A stretch of 64,000 bases of DNA, from NCBI GenBank assembly GCA_013265495.1, contig MU057416.1:1420545-1484544 (forward strand). The letters run 5' to 3'. The DNA comes from Vicugna vicugna (lineage: Eukaryota). The position numbers and the translations under genes are program-made. Shown here one piece after another: positions 48,998 to 60,989 of the stretch. The notes under the pieces are model-generated. The model was not told the DNA's origin, searched no databases, and was given only the letters and a program-made list of their open reading frames with translations. Numbering within the stretch: position 1 is the stretch's first letter; every line of letters begins with the position of its first letter.

Positions 48998-49528
48998 GAG
49001 GGCAAATCAAGTTCAGACTTTTTCAAAAGGTGACAAAGCGGATCCGTCCGGCCCGCCAAGTCGTTCCTGAGCCCCTGCCGGCCCTCCCCGCCCACCCAGC
49101 CCTGCTGCTCCTCCTCCTCCAGGACGTTTCTCCCGACTCAGATGTGGACGCTCACGGCGCCTCAACAGCCCGCAAGTGGCACCTGCAGGCTGGGCCCTGC
49201 CTCTCGGCTCCACTCTCCACACCCAGCACGGCGGCCCCTCTGGAGATGGGATTCTGATCATGTCTGTCTTACGTCTGCCTAAAACTCTGTAATCATCCAT
49301 ATCCTCTAAGACGCAGGGCTCTGTCTGTCTGTCTGTCCTGAGAGAGGACGGGCTCCTCCAGTGCAGGAGCTAAGTCCCCAGTGCCCTCTCCAGCCCGAGC
49401 ACCTGGTACAGGGGCAGGTACACAGCACCTGCTCAGGAAACGTGTGCAGGGTGAACGAACGTGGGGAGATCCTGACCCCGGCGCCCTCTCCCACATGCTC
49501 ACTGCTCCACGCCAGCGATAATACTTAC

Positions 49529-49689
49529 TGTCCTCTCTGGGCCGCGAGCAAGTCGTTTTTTGCAAATTCAAAGTCTTTTGCACCCTCGCTCATAAGAGTG
49601 TCTCTACCGGATGGTCTGTCCCCTTTCTGGACTCCTCCTGGGTGATTAAATCTAAAATAGTGATCGCCACCAAGAATCACCCGATCACC
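49529..49689 (-). CDS. KIF14: KIF14 exon ~16: GDRVILGGDHYFRFNHPGGVQKGDRPSGRDTLMSEGAKDFEFAKNDLLAAQRG
   Basis: 161 bp, tag/gtaagt splice sites; GDRVILG..HYFRFNHP end of FHA. Confidence 0.95.
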
Positions 49690-50482
49690 CTAAAGCACAC
49701 GAGAAATGCACGACTTGAGGTGAGTCTGAACCAGAACTTGCACGGGACAAACCCCGACGCCCAGCAGTGAGCGTGACCTAGTGCCGCCCATGACAGGCCT
49801 ACGGACCAGCAGCTAGCACTGCGCAGGGGCTCCCTCAAACACGCCGCCTCCCTGGCGGCTCACAGCCACGCAGTGGGGCGTGTGTTATCACCCCAGTTGT
49901 AGGAACGAGGAAACTAGATCAAGCACAGAGCTCAGCAGTAACAGCAATCCATAAGCACCTGCTGAACTTACTATTGGCAGACACTGTATTAAGAACTTTC
50001 TGGATTCTTTCGTGTCCTCCTCTCTCACCCCGCCCTGAGAGACAGGACGCACACGAAGTGACCATATGTCCTGCTCTGCCTGCAACAGAATGGCTTACGC
50101 CTGTTCTCCTAATGTAGTTATTACTAAAAATGCTCTCAGAAGTGTCCTGATGTGTGACACAAAATCGCCCTCACATCATAACATCATAACTGAGGTCACA
50201 CAACGAATGGCAGGGCCCGGGCTTCAACCCGGTCTGGCCTGACTCCAAAGCCCCGCTCTCACCAGACACGTGGGCAGCCTCCTGGCACCGGCTGGCTGCC
50301 AGAGGGCCTGGGTCGCTGCCCAAAGGGAGGCGACTGGTGAGACGCCAGGACAGAGGCCGCAGGAGCTGCAAAGCCCTGCATCTGGTTCACTACGGACCTT
50401 ACAGAGGAGACCCCGGCTCAAAAAAATTAAACTCCATCCCCAAAGTCAAGCAATTTCTCACACTTAGCAGCAGCCAACTTAC

Positions 50483-50585
50483 ATGATGTAACACCGTGGG
50501 TTCCAAAATGAGTTTCCCATTGACGTACGTCTTTGCTTCGCCCACCGGGGTGATGCTCACGGTGCCATCAACATTCCTGATGGTG
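50483..50585 (-). CDS. KIF14: KIF14 exon ~15 (FHA): TIRNVDGTVSITPVGEAKTYVNGKLILEPTVLHH
   Basis: 103 bp, cag/gtaagt splice sites. Confidence 0.95.
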
Positions 50586-52648
50586 CTGTGGAGACAGGGG
50601 CACACTTACAGCTGCAGCACGGACGAGCAGCAACGGACAGTCCGCCCCGGCCCCTCCTTGGTGTAAAGTCCACACCAATCTGTGACGACTGAAAACTGTC
50701 TTATTTTCCTACAGCTAGATTTTGAACTTTTGGTGAAAAAGCCTGGCGATCCACCAGTGGTGGGAAGAATTTCCATTGTCTGTATTTTGATTACAATTAC
50801 TTAAAAAAAAACCCTCCCCTCACCCCAAAAGAAAAAAGTTAAAGGAAAAAAACATTAACTACTGGCAGTGGTTTACTTATGAATGAAGCAGTTTCAGGCG
50901 TCATTTTTTACTTTTCTGACTCCTGGCTTTATATACGAGCTCTAACAATGGCGCACGCAGTGTTGTCCTAGGGCGAGAACTGGGGCAGCACAGAAGGCGA
51001 AGCGCGGAGGTGAAAACACACTCCTGGGTCACCCGCTCAGCTGGACCCCGCGCGTGAGATGCTCCTGTGGAGAATCAGCCGTAAATGCTACAGATCCCTT
51101 CGAGTCTTTTTATTCAGAAAACAGGAAAGCAACTCCAAAGTCCGGCTCATCTTTGGATTAACTGGATAGAAAGAAAGAGCAAACTGCAGCAAAAGCCGAG
51201 TCCCCAACAAAAGCCTCTCGCTCTAGACTAGGCTCCGAGAGCCGCGGGAAAGACCCGGAGCTCAGCGCGAGCATCCAGACAAGGGAACCCGGGGCGAGCG
51301 GCGCAGCGCCCTCCCACCAGGCGTGTCCGAGCCAGGGAGGGTGAGACATCCCCGGCCTGTTCAGAAGCCTCCTCCCTCCTGGTCTGCCTACTCTGCCATC
51401 AAAAGCCCGTGGCGTTCCCTAGCATTCTGGACACCCCCAATCTGGCTTTAGCAACCAAGCCCCTTACCCGCCACCGTCTCCCCGTAAGAGCCCCAGGTGG
51501 ATCTGCCTGTCTGCTTCTCTTCTCCACCTGAGTCCTCCATTAACATAAGACATCTCTCCAGGCCCGACAAACACCAGACTCCAAGCAGCTTTTCTTTAGG
51601 GCACAAGCTAGACCTGAACTTCCCCTCTTTCTTTACTTTACCAGCTAAAATGGCCAATGAATATATGATGACCATTAGTCAAAGAAATGCAAAACACATC
51701 CACGAGATACCATCTCCTGTTCAGCCAAGCAGCGCGAAGTCCGACAGAACCAGGTGCTGGCAGGGATGCGGAGCAGCAGGTGCCCCCGGCAGCAGAACCG
51801 ACAGCCGCCCTGCAGACGCGGTGTAGCTGCCTCGCAGAGGTGGACGCACACTTCCTGATGCCACTCATCTCTGAGACGCATGACTGAACAGTGCGTCCCA
51901 AACTTTAAGGTGACTTTACCACAGGGTGGGGACTCATCACACTCACACAGCACGCTGGGGAGACAGGGAACTGGCGCCCGGTTCCCACCGGCTGCCCCGA
52001 GGGCACGTCTGAGTTCCTCTCGCGGGAAGCTTGCTCCTGAGAAACCCCTCCCGTTTGCACCAGGAGAGGAGACGCGAACAAGAGGACTCAGAGCAGCGGG
52101 ATGGGCAAAACACGAGAAACCGCCCGAATGTCTACCATGAAGTAGGCGACAAAGCAGACAAGTGAATTCACACAGCAGAGCTCCTCACAGCAGTGGGACC
52201 AGAGAGCATCGACACAGGTAAGCCCTGAAAACACACCATGGAGCCGAAGTGGTTTACACACACTACCATTCCAGCAATGCACACAGTCTGGCTCGATTCC
52301 TGTGAATGAAACGTCTTAATCTGTCTGTCCAGCCAGAGCTCCTGCCACACGTGGTGAACAGAAGCTCCATTTCATGCCTATGATTGTGACTCCAAGGAGA
52401 GACACTGTCCCTCAGCCAACGGTCACGGCCAGAGCGTGACTGCATCACAACCTCGCGTCCAGAGTAACGGACCTGCCATCCTTACCAGACAGCCACCCCG
52501 TCGGTTTCTTGTGGCTGAAACATGCATTTGAAGGGTTATACTGAACAATCTGTACAAATGAATGCCTCGTGTGAAGGAAACCGAAGTTACCCAGACCTGG
52601 AAACCTGCTGAAAAGTGAACAGGTGCCTCTATGAGAGGACGAATGTAC

Positions 52649-52833
52649 CAGTGGTCCTCGGCGATCAGCACCCCCGCTAGCTGAATGTCGTGGCCGGAGC
52701 TGGGTCTGTGCTTCCCGACCGTGGTCGTCCCCTCCTTGAGCATGTACAGCAGGATCTCCGACAGCTGAGGGTCTTCATTCAGGTTGACCAGGTTTGGCAG
52801 ATGGTTGTCCATTTGAAACGTAATGCCTGCTTT
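52649..52833 (-). CDS. KIF14: KIF14 exon ~14 (start of FHA): KAGITFQMDNHLPNLVNLNEDPQLSEILLYMLKEGTTTVGKHRPSSGHDIQLAGVLIAEDH
   Basis: 185 bp, tag/gtacat splice sites; kinesin-3 signature before the FHA domain. Confidence 0.96.
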
Positions 52834-54140
52834 CTAGAAGAAATCAGGAAAGTAGTTAACCTGAATTACAGGTACGGATTGTTAAATCCACCTGAAGTGA
52901 ATGGTCCGCGCCAAACGCTAAAATCACCCGCTGTATGGGCGACCACCACTCCTCAGGCTCCAGGGCTGCGCTGACCCCGGCCCCAAACAAACCGCCCGGC
53001 GTCCCCGCAGTGTGCCTGTGCTGGGCGTTGCCGTCTCCACAGCGGAGGGGCTCCTCCGGCCGTGTCATCTGCCTTCTCTCACCACTACACAGTGCACACC
53101 TCTCAGGAACCTGGCATCACTCCCGCCTCTTCCATCTGTGTCTCCACACACACATCAAAAAACAAAACCTCTCGAGCCTGTCGGCTTCACCTCCTCTCTT
53201 CCCTGGAGTCCAGCTCCTCCACGGGCCACTCTCACCTCTCCCCGTAACCACAGCCCCCTAAGAGCACAACGTTCCCAGCCAGCGTCTTTCCTCCCCTAAT
53301 TCCACCTTTCACACCTTCTCCAGAGGAGTCCACTCAGACAAAGTCTGCTCCTGTCCCTCTCCTTCCACTGAAAACCCTTCGGTGGCCCCAATCCCCTAAA
53401 TCCACATCCTCTCTTCGTCACAATCCAAATGTCGCATCTCTGTCCAGTCTTATCTCTGTCGCCCACACTCACTGAGTACTTCCCAATTCTCTGGACGTCG
53501 GGCAGTGTCGTGCCTTCGTGCTTTTAAATGTGGAATTTCCCTGCCTAGAAATGCCAGCTTTGGTAGCCCGGCAAGTCCCACACAGCGTACAAAACCCTGC
53601 TAGACTCTTCCCTCCGATGTCCTCCCAGGGACCCCAACAAAAGGGGTCACCCCTCCCGCCTCCTGCTTCTCCACCCACTGCCCACGTCCCGCCGCGTTAG
53701 GCTGCACCGGGAGACGCCGCCGGTGTGCACCCGCCGAGCACCCAGCAGACGGCAGCGGCACAGGCGTCACCTAGCCAGTCCCGCAGCATCCGGGCGCGTG
53801 CTCAGGTTTTGTAAACCTGCCTCTGGATCTCAAGCTCTCTGAGGGCCAAAACCGCACTGCTTTCACCTTGGCCTCCCCCACACCTGGCACAGCGTGAACG
53901 TTTAATATTTGTTGAACCAACATGAAGGGAGCGAGGCAGTTCGCTTATATTTTAACTTTCCGACCAGCTTGCAGGCGCTAGGCCGCCACAGCCGTGATCT
54001 CACAGCTCCTGCACACCAGCCCCTCCGCGGCAGTGCTCTGGGCAGTCAGTGCGCAGCGAGTACTGGAGAGACTCCATCTGCATGTTTACCGGCAGGTCTC
54101 TTCCAAATTTTCAGATCAGTTTAGGGAGTTGAAAGGATAC

Positions 54141-54204
54141 CTGTAACTCCTTTGTTACTTGAAGTTTTCTTTTTTCAGCTTGCTCAAATTTTTCTTTCCA
54201 CATT
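54141..54204 (-). CDS. KIF14: KIF14 exon ~13: MWKEKFEQAEKRKLQVTKELQ
   Basis: 64 bp, aag/gtatcc splice sites. Confidence 0.93.
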
Positions 54205-54434
54205 CTTTCCAAAGACAAACAAAATAGCAGAGTTAAAAACATCCAGACATGTAAGACTGAGAATCAAGACACAGTCAGTAAAGATCAGGACACCACTTAG
54301 GAACATCTGAAATGTAAGCGTCCGGGGACGCGCTGCTCACACGAAGGCAGGGAGAAAGGCGGACATGCTCGCCTCCTCAGCCTGCCCCCAGCCCGGCCGC
54401 GCCCCCGCCGCCTGCTGCGCCGGCCAGAGCCCAC

Positions 54435-54582
54435 CTCTGCATGTCCGCCATGTCTCTCTCCTGCTGGTGCAGCTTCATCCTTAAGGACGTTATCTCTTGC
54501 CGACAGAGCCGGTATCGCTCAGGGTCAATATTCTGACTGCTTCTTTGAGCCGCTTTCAGCTTTTCAATTTCTGCTTTCAACT
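54435..54582 (-). CDS. KIF14: KIF14 exon ~12 (coiled coil): LKAEIEKLKAAQRSSQNIDPERYRLCRQEITSLRMKLHQQERDMADMQ
   Basis: 148 bp, tag/gtgggc splice sites; matches ORF 54377..54580. Confidence 0.95.
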
Positions 54583-55605
54583 CTAAACATTTGTAAAAAG
54601 ATGTATGATTAATAACATCTAATATATAGTAATTTCCACACTACACATAATCCTCCAATCTTCTGTTTTATTTGAAGTTTTAAATATTAATAAAACAGAG
54701 TATTTACAGAAATTTTACTTTACTTACCTACGAATCTCTACCTAGCCTTAACCTGAAAAATTGCTCCAGTATTAATGAATTCTCCTCCTTCGTAAATAGG
54801 ATGGCGGTGTAACAAACTGTCCAAAGTGGGACACTTCTGAGAAGGGAAGTGGGCAGTGATTACACTGGCCTGACAGACATGAACCAGAGTCGTTCCAGGC
54901 AAACCACATTCATAAAGACACGTTGCACAAAGATCAGAGATGTTTCAAGTGGGGTTCAGAATACTTATTTCTAATGAAAACGGTCCCATTTGTAAGAGAG
55001 AGGGGATTCAGAGGGAAAGATGGACCACGGCATGGAAGCTCGCTTCTCTCTGGCCCACGCCCCTAACGGACCGATTCACCTTCTGCTGCTAAAAAGGCCG
55101 GAGGACAGAGGGGTGTGGAAAATGCTCCCCATAAGCGGAGAAAGCGGACAAGCTGAGACTCCTTGCGGGAGCTGAGTCCATCCTAAGCAGAAGGGAGCAC
55201 TGCGCATAAAGACGCAGGACTGCGCTGGAACCCGGGCTCAAACAGCCTTCAGACCAGTGAATGAAGCCAAGCAGGCGAAGGAGAGGCCACAGAGGACAGG
55301 ACACAACACCAGGGTCTTGGTGGCTGCGGTCCCCGCGCGGACGGCTCGGCCGGGACACGGCGCTCGGTGCTGGCGGCTCCCCTCCCACTTCTACGCCCTT
55401 TTCTGACTGTTCTCCCCTCACTGTTCACTCTCTGTCCCTCTATCCCCCCGTCTGTCTTCCTGAGTCAGGCAGTGTGACTGGAACCTACCATAAACAGGCA
55501 GGACAGAGGAGTCTTGAACCTTCCTTAATGGCTTGTTTTCACGACTGAAATTAACCTTTGAGACGAAACCCCTGCAAAGTAAGTTCACGCCGCGGCGACT
55601 CTCAC

Positions 55606-55778
55606 CTCTGATGAGCCTGGCGCTCACGTCCTCGTTGACTCGGGCCACGTTGACTATGGCGCGGGCCTGGGCGGCGTACCTCAGTGCGCCCAGCGTCTCC
55701 TCCACGCTGCTGGCCGCCGGGCTCACGGTGGCCACCATGGCGGTTTTCGAGTTTCCACTCAGACTCTCTTTCAGCAGC
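55606..55778 (-). CDS. KIF14: KIF14 exon ~11 (end of motor/neck): [57 protein letters not shown]
   Basis: 173 bp, aag/gtgag splice sites. Confidence 0.95.
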
Positions 55779-56859
55779 CTTCAAGGAAGCAAAGCCATAG
55801 TCAGACTCTGCTTCTCCAACAACCTGGTAACAGTCATCATCTAGAAACACGCAGCAAGCTAACGGGACGTGATACAGCACCGCGCTCTCCACTCCAGGAC
55901 CGTTAGAATTTTTTGGTATTTGCAGCTATTTTTAGATCTTGTGAGCACTTTATTTTCTCTCACACTTTTTATATTGTTTTGTGATTTTAAAATATGGTTA
56001 ATTATCAAATATTTAGCAAAATTCCTCTCCCCATGCTAGACTGGGAGCTACTCTAGGAGAGGGACGTTTCCCGTGCTGCCGCAACGTTTAAGTAAGGGCT
56101 GGAAACAACGAATGAACGTATAAATACAAACTTTGTTTCCTATGATATTGCAAAAGCCTTATTTTAAAGGAAAAAAGAGTATGAGACTAAAAACCCTATC
56201 TTTATTAATGCAGAATGAATTATTCTTAACTTTCAAAAGGAATTCAAAAAAAATCAAGATTTTCCTCTTGTGGGCTTTGGGGTGGCAATTCCATCATCCT
56301 ACGTCAGAGGTGAGGGTGCACTGCTGTCACGCTGGGATGCAGTCCTTGCCAGAAGAGGATACGAAATCTACACAGCGTAATCTGAATGTAACGTGTCTGA
56401 GGCTAAACACATATTCATTAATGAGACACTTTTTGAACACTTACCTGCCAGCCAGTGCGTGTTAAGCAGTAAAACCACCCGATCTCACTTTACACCCACA
56501 GCGACGTGCTTGGTGACACCAGAGGTGTGCAGGCACCAGGGACGGGGCACGGTAAGCACAACCACCACTGACACTCACACGGCACACACTGCGCATCACG
56601 TGACCCTCGCCCGCACCAGGAGAGACAGACACCGATCTTCCCCGTGCTACAGACGAGGAGGCAGGCGGGAGTGCCACCAGGTGATCTGCCCGAAGTCACA
56701 AGCCTGCAGGAAGCTCGGCTGAGCGACCCCAGCAGCCTGGCCCTAGAACTCATGCGCTCGCCACTCCTCTCTGCCCAGAGTCACGGGAGGTCACCTGTGC
56801 TCTTTCCCCACGGCACTCACTGGATTCCATACAATTCTTCATGCGTCAAAGCTACTTGC

Positions 56860-56975
56860 CATGTAAGAACTGACTCGCGGTAAGGAACGAAAACTCTCCT
56901 TCCATGGGCTCGCTCCGAGAGGGCAGATATGACCTTGCCCAGGGTCAGCAGGGACTTGTTAATACTCACGCCCTC
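56860..56975 (-). CDS. KIF14: KIF14 exon ~10: [38 protein letters not shown](W)
   Basis: 116 bp, cag acceptor, non-canonical GCAAGT donor; frame continues into the next exon. Confidence 0.94.
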
Positions 56976-57288
56976 CTGTGGATGAGAGAAAACACTTTAA
57001 AGTAATTGCTCAGTAATAAACTTATTTCACAAATATATTTCTCCCCTCATACAATCACTGAGTGAATACTTTCCTCCATAAACTACCAACTTTCTTAGGA
57101 CTTAAAATTCACTAATTTTCTTCAAAAAGCAGTCATAACCAAGAACCACAGATCGCTCTTTGAACCACAGCAACACAGTCACAAGGTGCAAGGGAAGGGA
57201 GACTCTTCTTCGGTTACAGATGCTCAGCTTGGCATCGCCTAAAATGCTGCCCCAGCAATGTGTCGCCAACGTGACCACAGCCCCCGAC

Positions 57289-57405
57289 CTTCAGCCGCTC
57301 CCCGCTGGTCTGCGTCATGGGGCAGCGCTCGCTGCCCGCCAGGTCCACCAGGTTCACACGGCTCCGGACTTGGTGATCCAGCTCCTCCCCTTCCACAAAT
57401 TCCGT
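57289..57405 (-). CDS. KIF14: KIF14 exon ~9 (switch II): TEFVEGEELDHQVRSRVNLVDLAGSERCPMTQTSGERLK
   Basis: 117 bp, DLAGSE motif, cag/gtcggg splice sites. Confidence 0.96.
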
Positions 57406-58275
57406 CTGGAGCAGAAGATATTAAGTAAGACATCCTGAGCTCTATTCTGACCTGCCATCACATCAGTCTGCAAAACAGCTACACAAGATTACAAAGCACT
57501 CATTTATTTTTGAAACTAATCCTTCTTAAATCTGATAATTTGTAAGGATACGTTGAGCAGGGCTTGGACTATGTCAAAATAAAACAAATAACTTTATGGG
57601 CTAAAACTCACAACTACTCAATTATACTAAGGAAGCAGCTACAAACAGAGAAAAGGTTTAATGTACAAAGATGCTGTTTATCCCAAAAGTAAAACAGCAA
57701 AGTATTTAAAAGCAACATTTATAAATGTCCAACAGCAGAGAAAAATCTGAGGAGTTTTAATAGTCAGTGGAATGTTATGCAGCTATGAAAAATAATATTT
57801 TGCAAGTAATTCTAATAACATAAAGTTGTTGCAGATTTTGTAAATTCGTTTAGGTGTGATTGTTAAACAACTGGAAGCCTATATACCAAAATGAGTAGAG
57901 GGGCTTTGTTTGAGTAGTGGAACCTGTGGCTCAATTATTTAAAATCTTTCTTTCTGGTATGTTTTTTCAAATACTGTACAACTACATGTTGTAGCATGTC
58001 TTGTTGACACTGCATTATCATATACTGACATGACAGTAGCACCATCATAACAAGTTAATGATCCTACGTCACTGATTCCTAAGACGGTGAGAAAAATACG
58101 CCGCCACAGATGCCAAAAGCCGCTCAGAGTTACTGTGTGTACTTCCTAGAATCCAGTCAGGTTATGGATTTATGCAGCTGTGCTTTTACTTTTGATTTAA
58201 AGAACTAGTAAGGAAAACATGAAACCTGAATATATTTACTATCTCACCTAAGAAGCTGATCACGCAAAAACGCAC

Positions 58276-58383
58276 CTTGGTCTGGGTCATCACCAGGGTG
58301 AGGACCGAGTGAGAGCGGGAGCTTTTGTCGTTCATCCCGGTGGCGGCAGTGGCCTTCTTCTTGTTCCCCAGCTCCAGCCAAAC
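58276..58383 (-). CDS. KIF14: KIF14 exon ~8 (switch I): VWLELGNKKKATAATGMNDKSSRSHSVLTLVMTQTK
   Basis: 108 bp, NxxSSRSH motif, tag/gtgcgt splice sites. Confidence 0.96.
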
Positions 58384-58876
58384 CTAGGAAGGAGGGGGAG
58401 GGAGGGTCAGGGCTGCAGACTGCAATTTACTGGAACAAACTAAAGAAAAACAAAGTTGAGTAAGCACATCTGGTAACATACACACATTTATAGCCAGTTT
58501 ATAAAATAAAATTACCAACAAATGTTTACTTAGTAATTTGTATTCCTTGGAGGGGTATAGACACCCCCCCCAAAAATTGTTTTAATTGTATTCCCATTGT
58601 CTATTTTTACTTTTCTGTCACAGAAATTTGAATCACGAAATATTGCCTTTAAAAGGCACTTTCCATAACTCTAAACTGACATGATGGTCAGTTTAAGTTT
58701 TTAGTTTTTTAAAAGAGTAACTTTTGATTAAAGTTTACACAAACAAAATCAGCCCGTTATAAATTAACGAAATTAACCTTTATTTATACAAACAGCAAGT
58801 AAGGAGAACTATGCTTATGAATTCGTGCAATTACGCTCCGTCTGCTGGAAAGAAGACAAAAGACAGTCAGCCTTAC

Positions 58877-58907
58877 CTGGACATCAGAGTAAGAACTGAC
58901 AACATTC
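58877..58907 (-). CDS. KIF14: KIF14 exon ~7 (31-bp exon): NVVSSYSDVQ
   Basis: tag acceptor, gtaagg donor; restores frame between the flanking exons. Confidence 0.92.
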
Positions 58908-59704
58908 CTATTTGTAAAAAGTAAAAAGACAAAATCAGTTTTAATGATGATCACACTCTTGTTCTCATAAAATAACCGCCGCCTGTCAGTTACATAATTA
59001 CTCTCTGAAGACCACAAGGGAATAATTCATAGATACTATTATTCTGACTCTTACAGAATCTTTCATGGTCTCCATTCTAAATGGTAGGAAATAAAATAAT
59101 GTTTCAGTTTTACCAAATTAAAAGAAGTATGATTTTCCTTAATGTAATGAAGCACTTTAGCATGTTAACATTGTAAAAGATACACTTTAACCCCCATGCA
59201 CAGGCACAGGTGCACAGGGGTGCGGGTCTGCTGGTGTGTACGGGTCTCAGCGCGAGCCCAGATTTGCTAAACGGAGCTGAACCCATAGCTGGTGACTTTC
59301 CCTTTCCGTTAAGAAAAGCACTTGGAGTGTTGAAAGGCAAAGAAATGACTCTCAGCATATTTCTAACTCTAAACACTGAACTCATTTAGCACCCTCTCCC
59401 CCTTCAGCTAAAAGTAATAGATAAAAAAGCAGCTGGAGAGGGAAGGCTTAACTTCCTGGGTACGCAGGGGGAGGGAGAAAGGTCACTATTTCACACTCAG
59501 GATAATGGCTGCTCTACGCAAGGCACTTTACAGGTGCTGTGAGAGATATAAACAAATACACAGCAGGCAGCCAACTCTATCTGAGAAGAGAAGGCTAACG
59601 TTCGGGGTAGAAGACTCAGCGGGGGAGGCCACCGAGGACGGCGTGGCGCTGCTCCTGCCCCCTTACCCCGCGCGGGGCCCCAGCACCGCCCCCGGCCCAC
59701 TCAC

Positions 59705-59757
59705 GTGCTCAGGCCCTCGACGTACGGCCCCGAGGTGGGGTGCTCCCGCACTCGCAG
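59705..59757 (-). CDS. KIF14: KIF14 exon ~6 (motor): LRVREHPTSGPYVEGLS
   Basis: 53 bp, cag acceptor, gtgagt donor, phase 0/2. Confidence 0.95.
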
Positions 59758-60186
59758 CTGTGGGGCAGACACGGCAGCAATGAGGGCAGGACAACGTCAT
59801 ATAAAACGGGGCTTCGGGTGGCCTTTTTCTCTGCACTTTGGGTCTAAGGTAAAGAGATCTGTCTCGACTTTGCCCAGAAGTGAATATAAAGGTTCTCAGG
59901 AGGACAGATCTGCAGGCACTAAGACGCCACCGCGCGCAGCGTCAGTCTCCCCAGCCCTCCCGCTGGAGCTGTCCTTTTATGCTTGTAACAGCTTTCCAAA
60001 GTATGTTCAGTTTCAGACAGTTAACGTTTTTCTCAGGTTTGCACTGTACATTTTAAACTCTGTGACCAGAGATTTTAAAGCACACAGAAGTCACAGAAGG
60101 AAACGCCAGGCTTTGCTAAGCTTCTCGGCGCTGCCGACAGCCGACTACGTGACCTTGTCAGCTTCTCGCTCTCCACGGTCCTTTTC

Positions 60187-60360
60187 TTTTTTTTCGTTCT
60201 TTCTTTTTTTTAACATTTTTTATTGATTTATAATCATTTTACAGTGTTGTGTCAAATTCCAGTGTTCAGCACAATTTTTCAGTCATTCATGGATATATAC
60301 ACACTCATTGTTACATTTTTTTCTCTGTGATTTATCATAACATTTTGTGTATATTTCCCT
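60187..60360 (-). mobile_element. Young 5'-truncated camelid-type L1 3' end
   Basis: 13-bp TSD cacggtccttttc at 60174-60186 and 60361-60373; interrupted poly(A). Confidence 0.9.
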
Positions 60361-60855
60361 CACGGTCCTTTTCAAAATTAAAAATTTAAGTTCTAATAGC
60401 AGAATTTTTTTTTAAGCTTATGCATTTGTGAAGCTTTCCATTTCACAGAAAATATTATCTACAAGACATCAATTTGTAAAATATCCCAGTGAAATACATA
60501 TTCTATAATAACAATACAGTTTTTTAAAACTTCACTGCCCTTTGGCTTTATAGACTTTTAGGAATTTGGTATTTGACGTAAGTGATCCAACTAAATCTTG
60601 GAATGTTTTATCTTTAACTGTTACTTAATACTTGCTTCAGTATAATGAGGTTACATTTAATAACTAGCTTAATGTCCACTAACAATAATGTTCAGCTTAT
60701 TTATAAAATAACACTGTTAGACTGTAGGTCACAAGCATTTGCATATAATAGCATTTTTGTAAAACTTTAAGCCATATATCATCTTGAGAGTTAATATAAT
60801 GATGTGCATCAATAAAAACAGAAATTAAAAACAAGTATCAATTTTTTAATCTTAC

Positions 60856-60948
60856 TGTTTGCTTTCTCTGCCCATTTTCACAAATCAGAAGGTCATGAAT
60901 TTTCTCATTATATACTTCAAAGAAGCTCATTTCAAGGTGATAGCTGAC
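60856..60948 (-). CDS. KIF14: KIF14 exon ~5 (motor): VSYHLEMSFFEVYNEKIHDLLICENGQRKQT
   Basis: 93 bp, ctag acceptor, gtaag donor, phase 0/0. Confidence 0.95.
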
Positions 60949-60989
60949 CTAGCAGGAACAGAAACAGAGCACACCATTTATTTTAAAAG

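Larger units (their letters stand above)
25210..60948 (-). other. KIF14: KIF14 gene, 3' part (26 coding exons plus 3' UTR); 5' exons lie outside the window
   Basis: Spliced translation contains kinesin motifs ([63 protein letters not shown]), the kinesin-3 HLPNLVNLNEDPQLSE/FHA region and a KIF14-type tail. All visible introns are GT-AG or GC-AG with consistent phase. Confidence 0.97.

Noticed and set aside
25210..60948. KIF14 as a pseudogene or decayed duplicate
   Set aside because: All 25 fully visible exons have valid splice sites, consistent phases and no internal stops or frameshifts; the only early stop is in the last exon.
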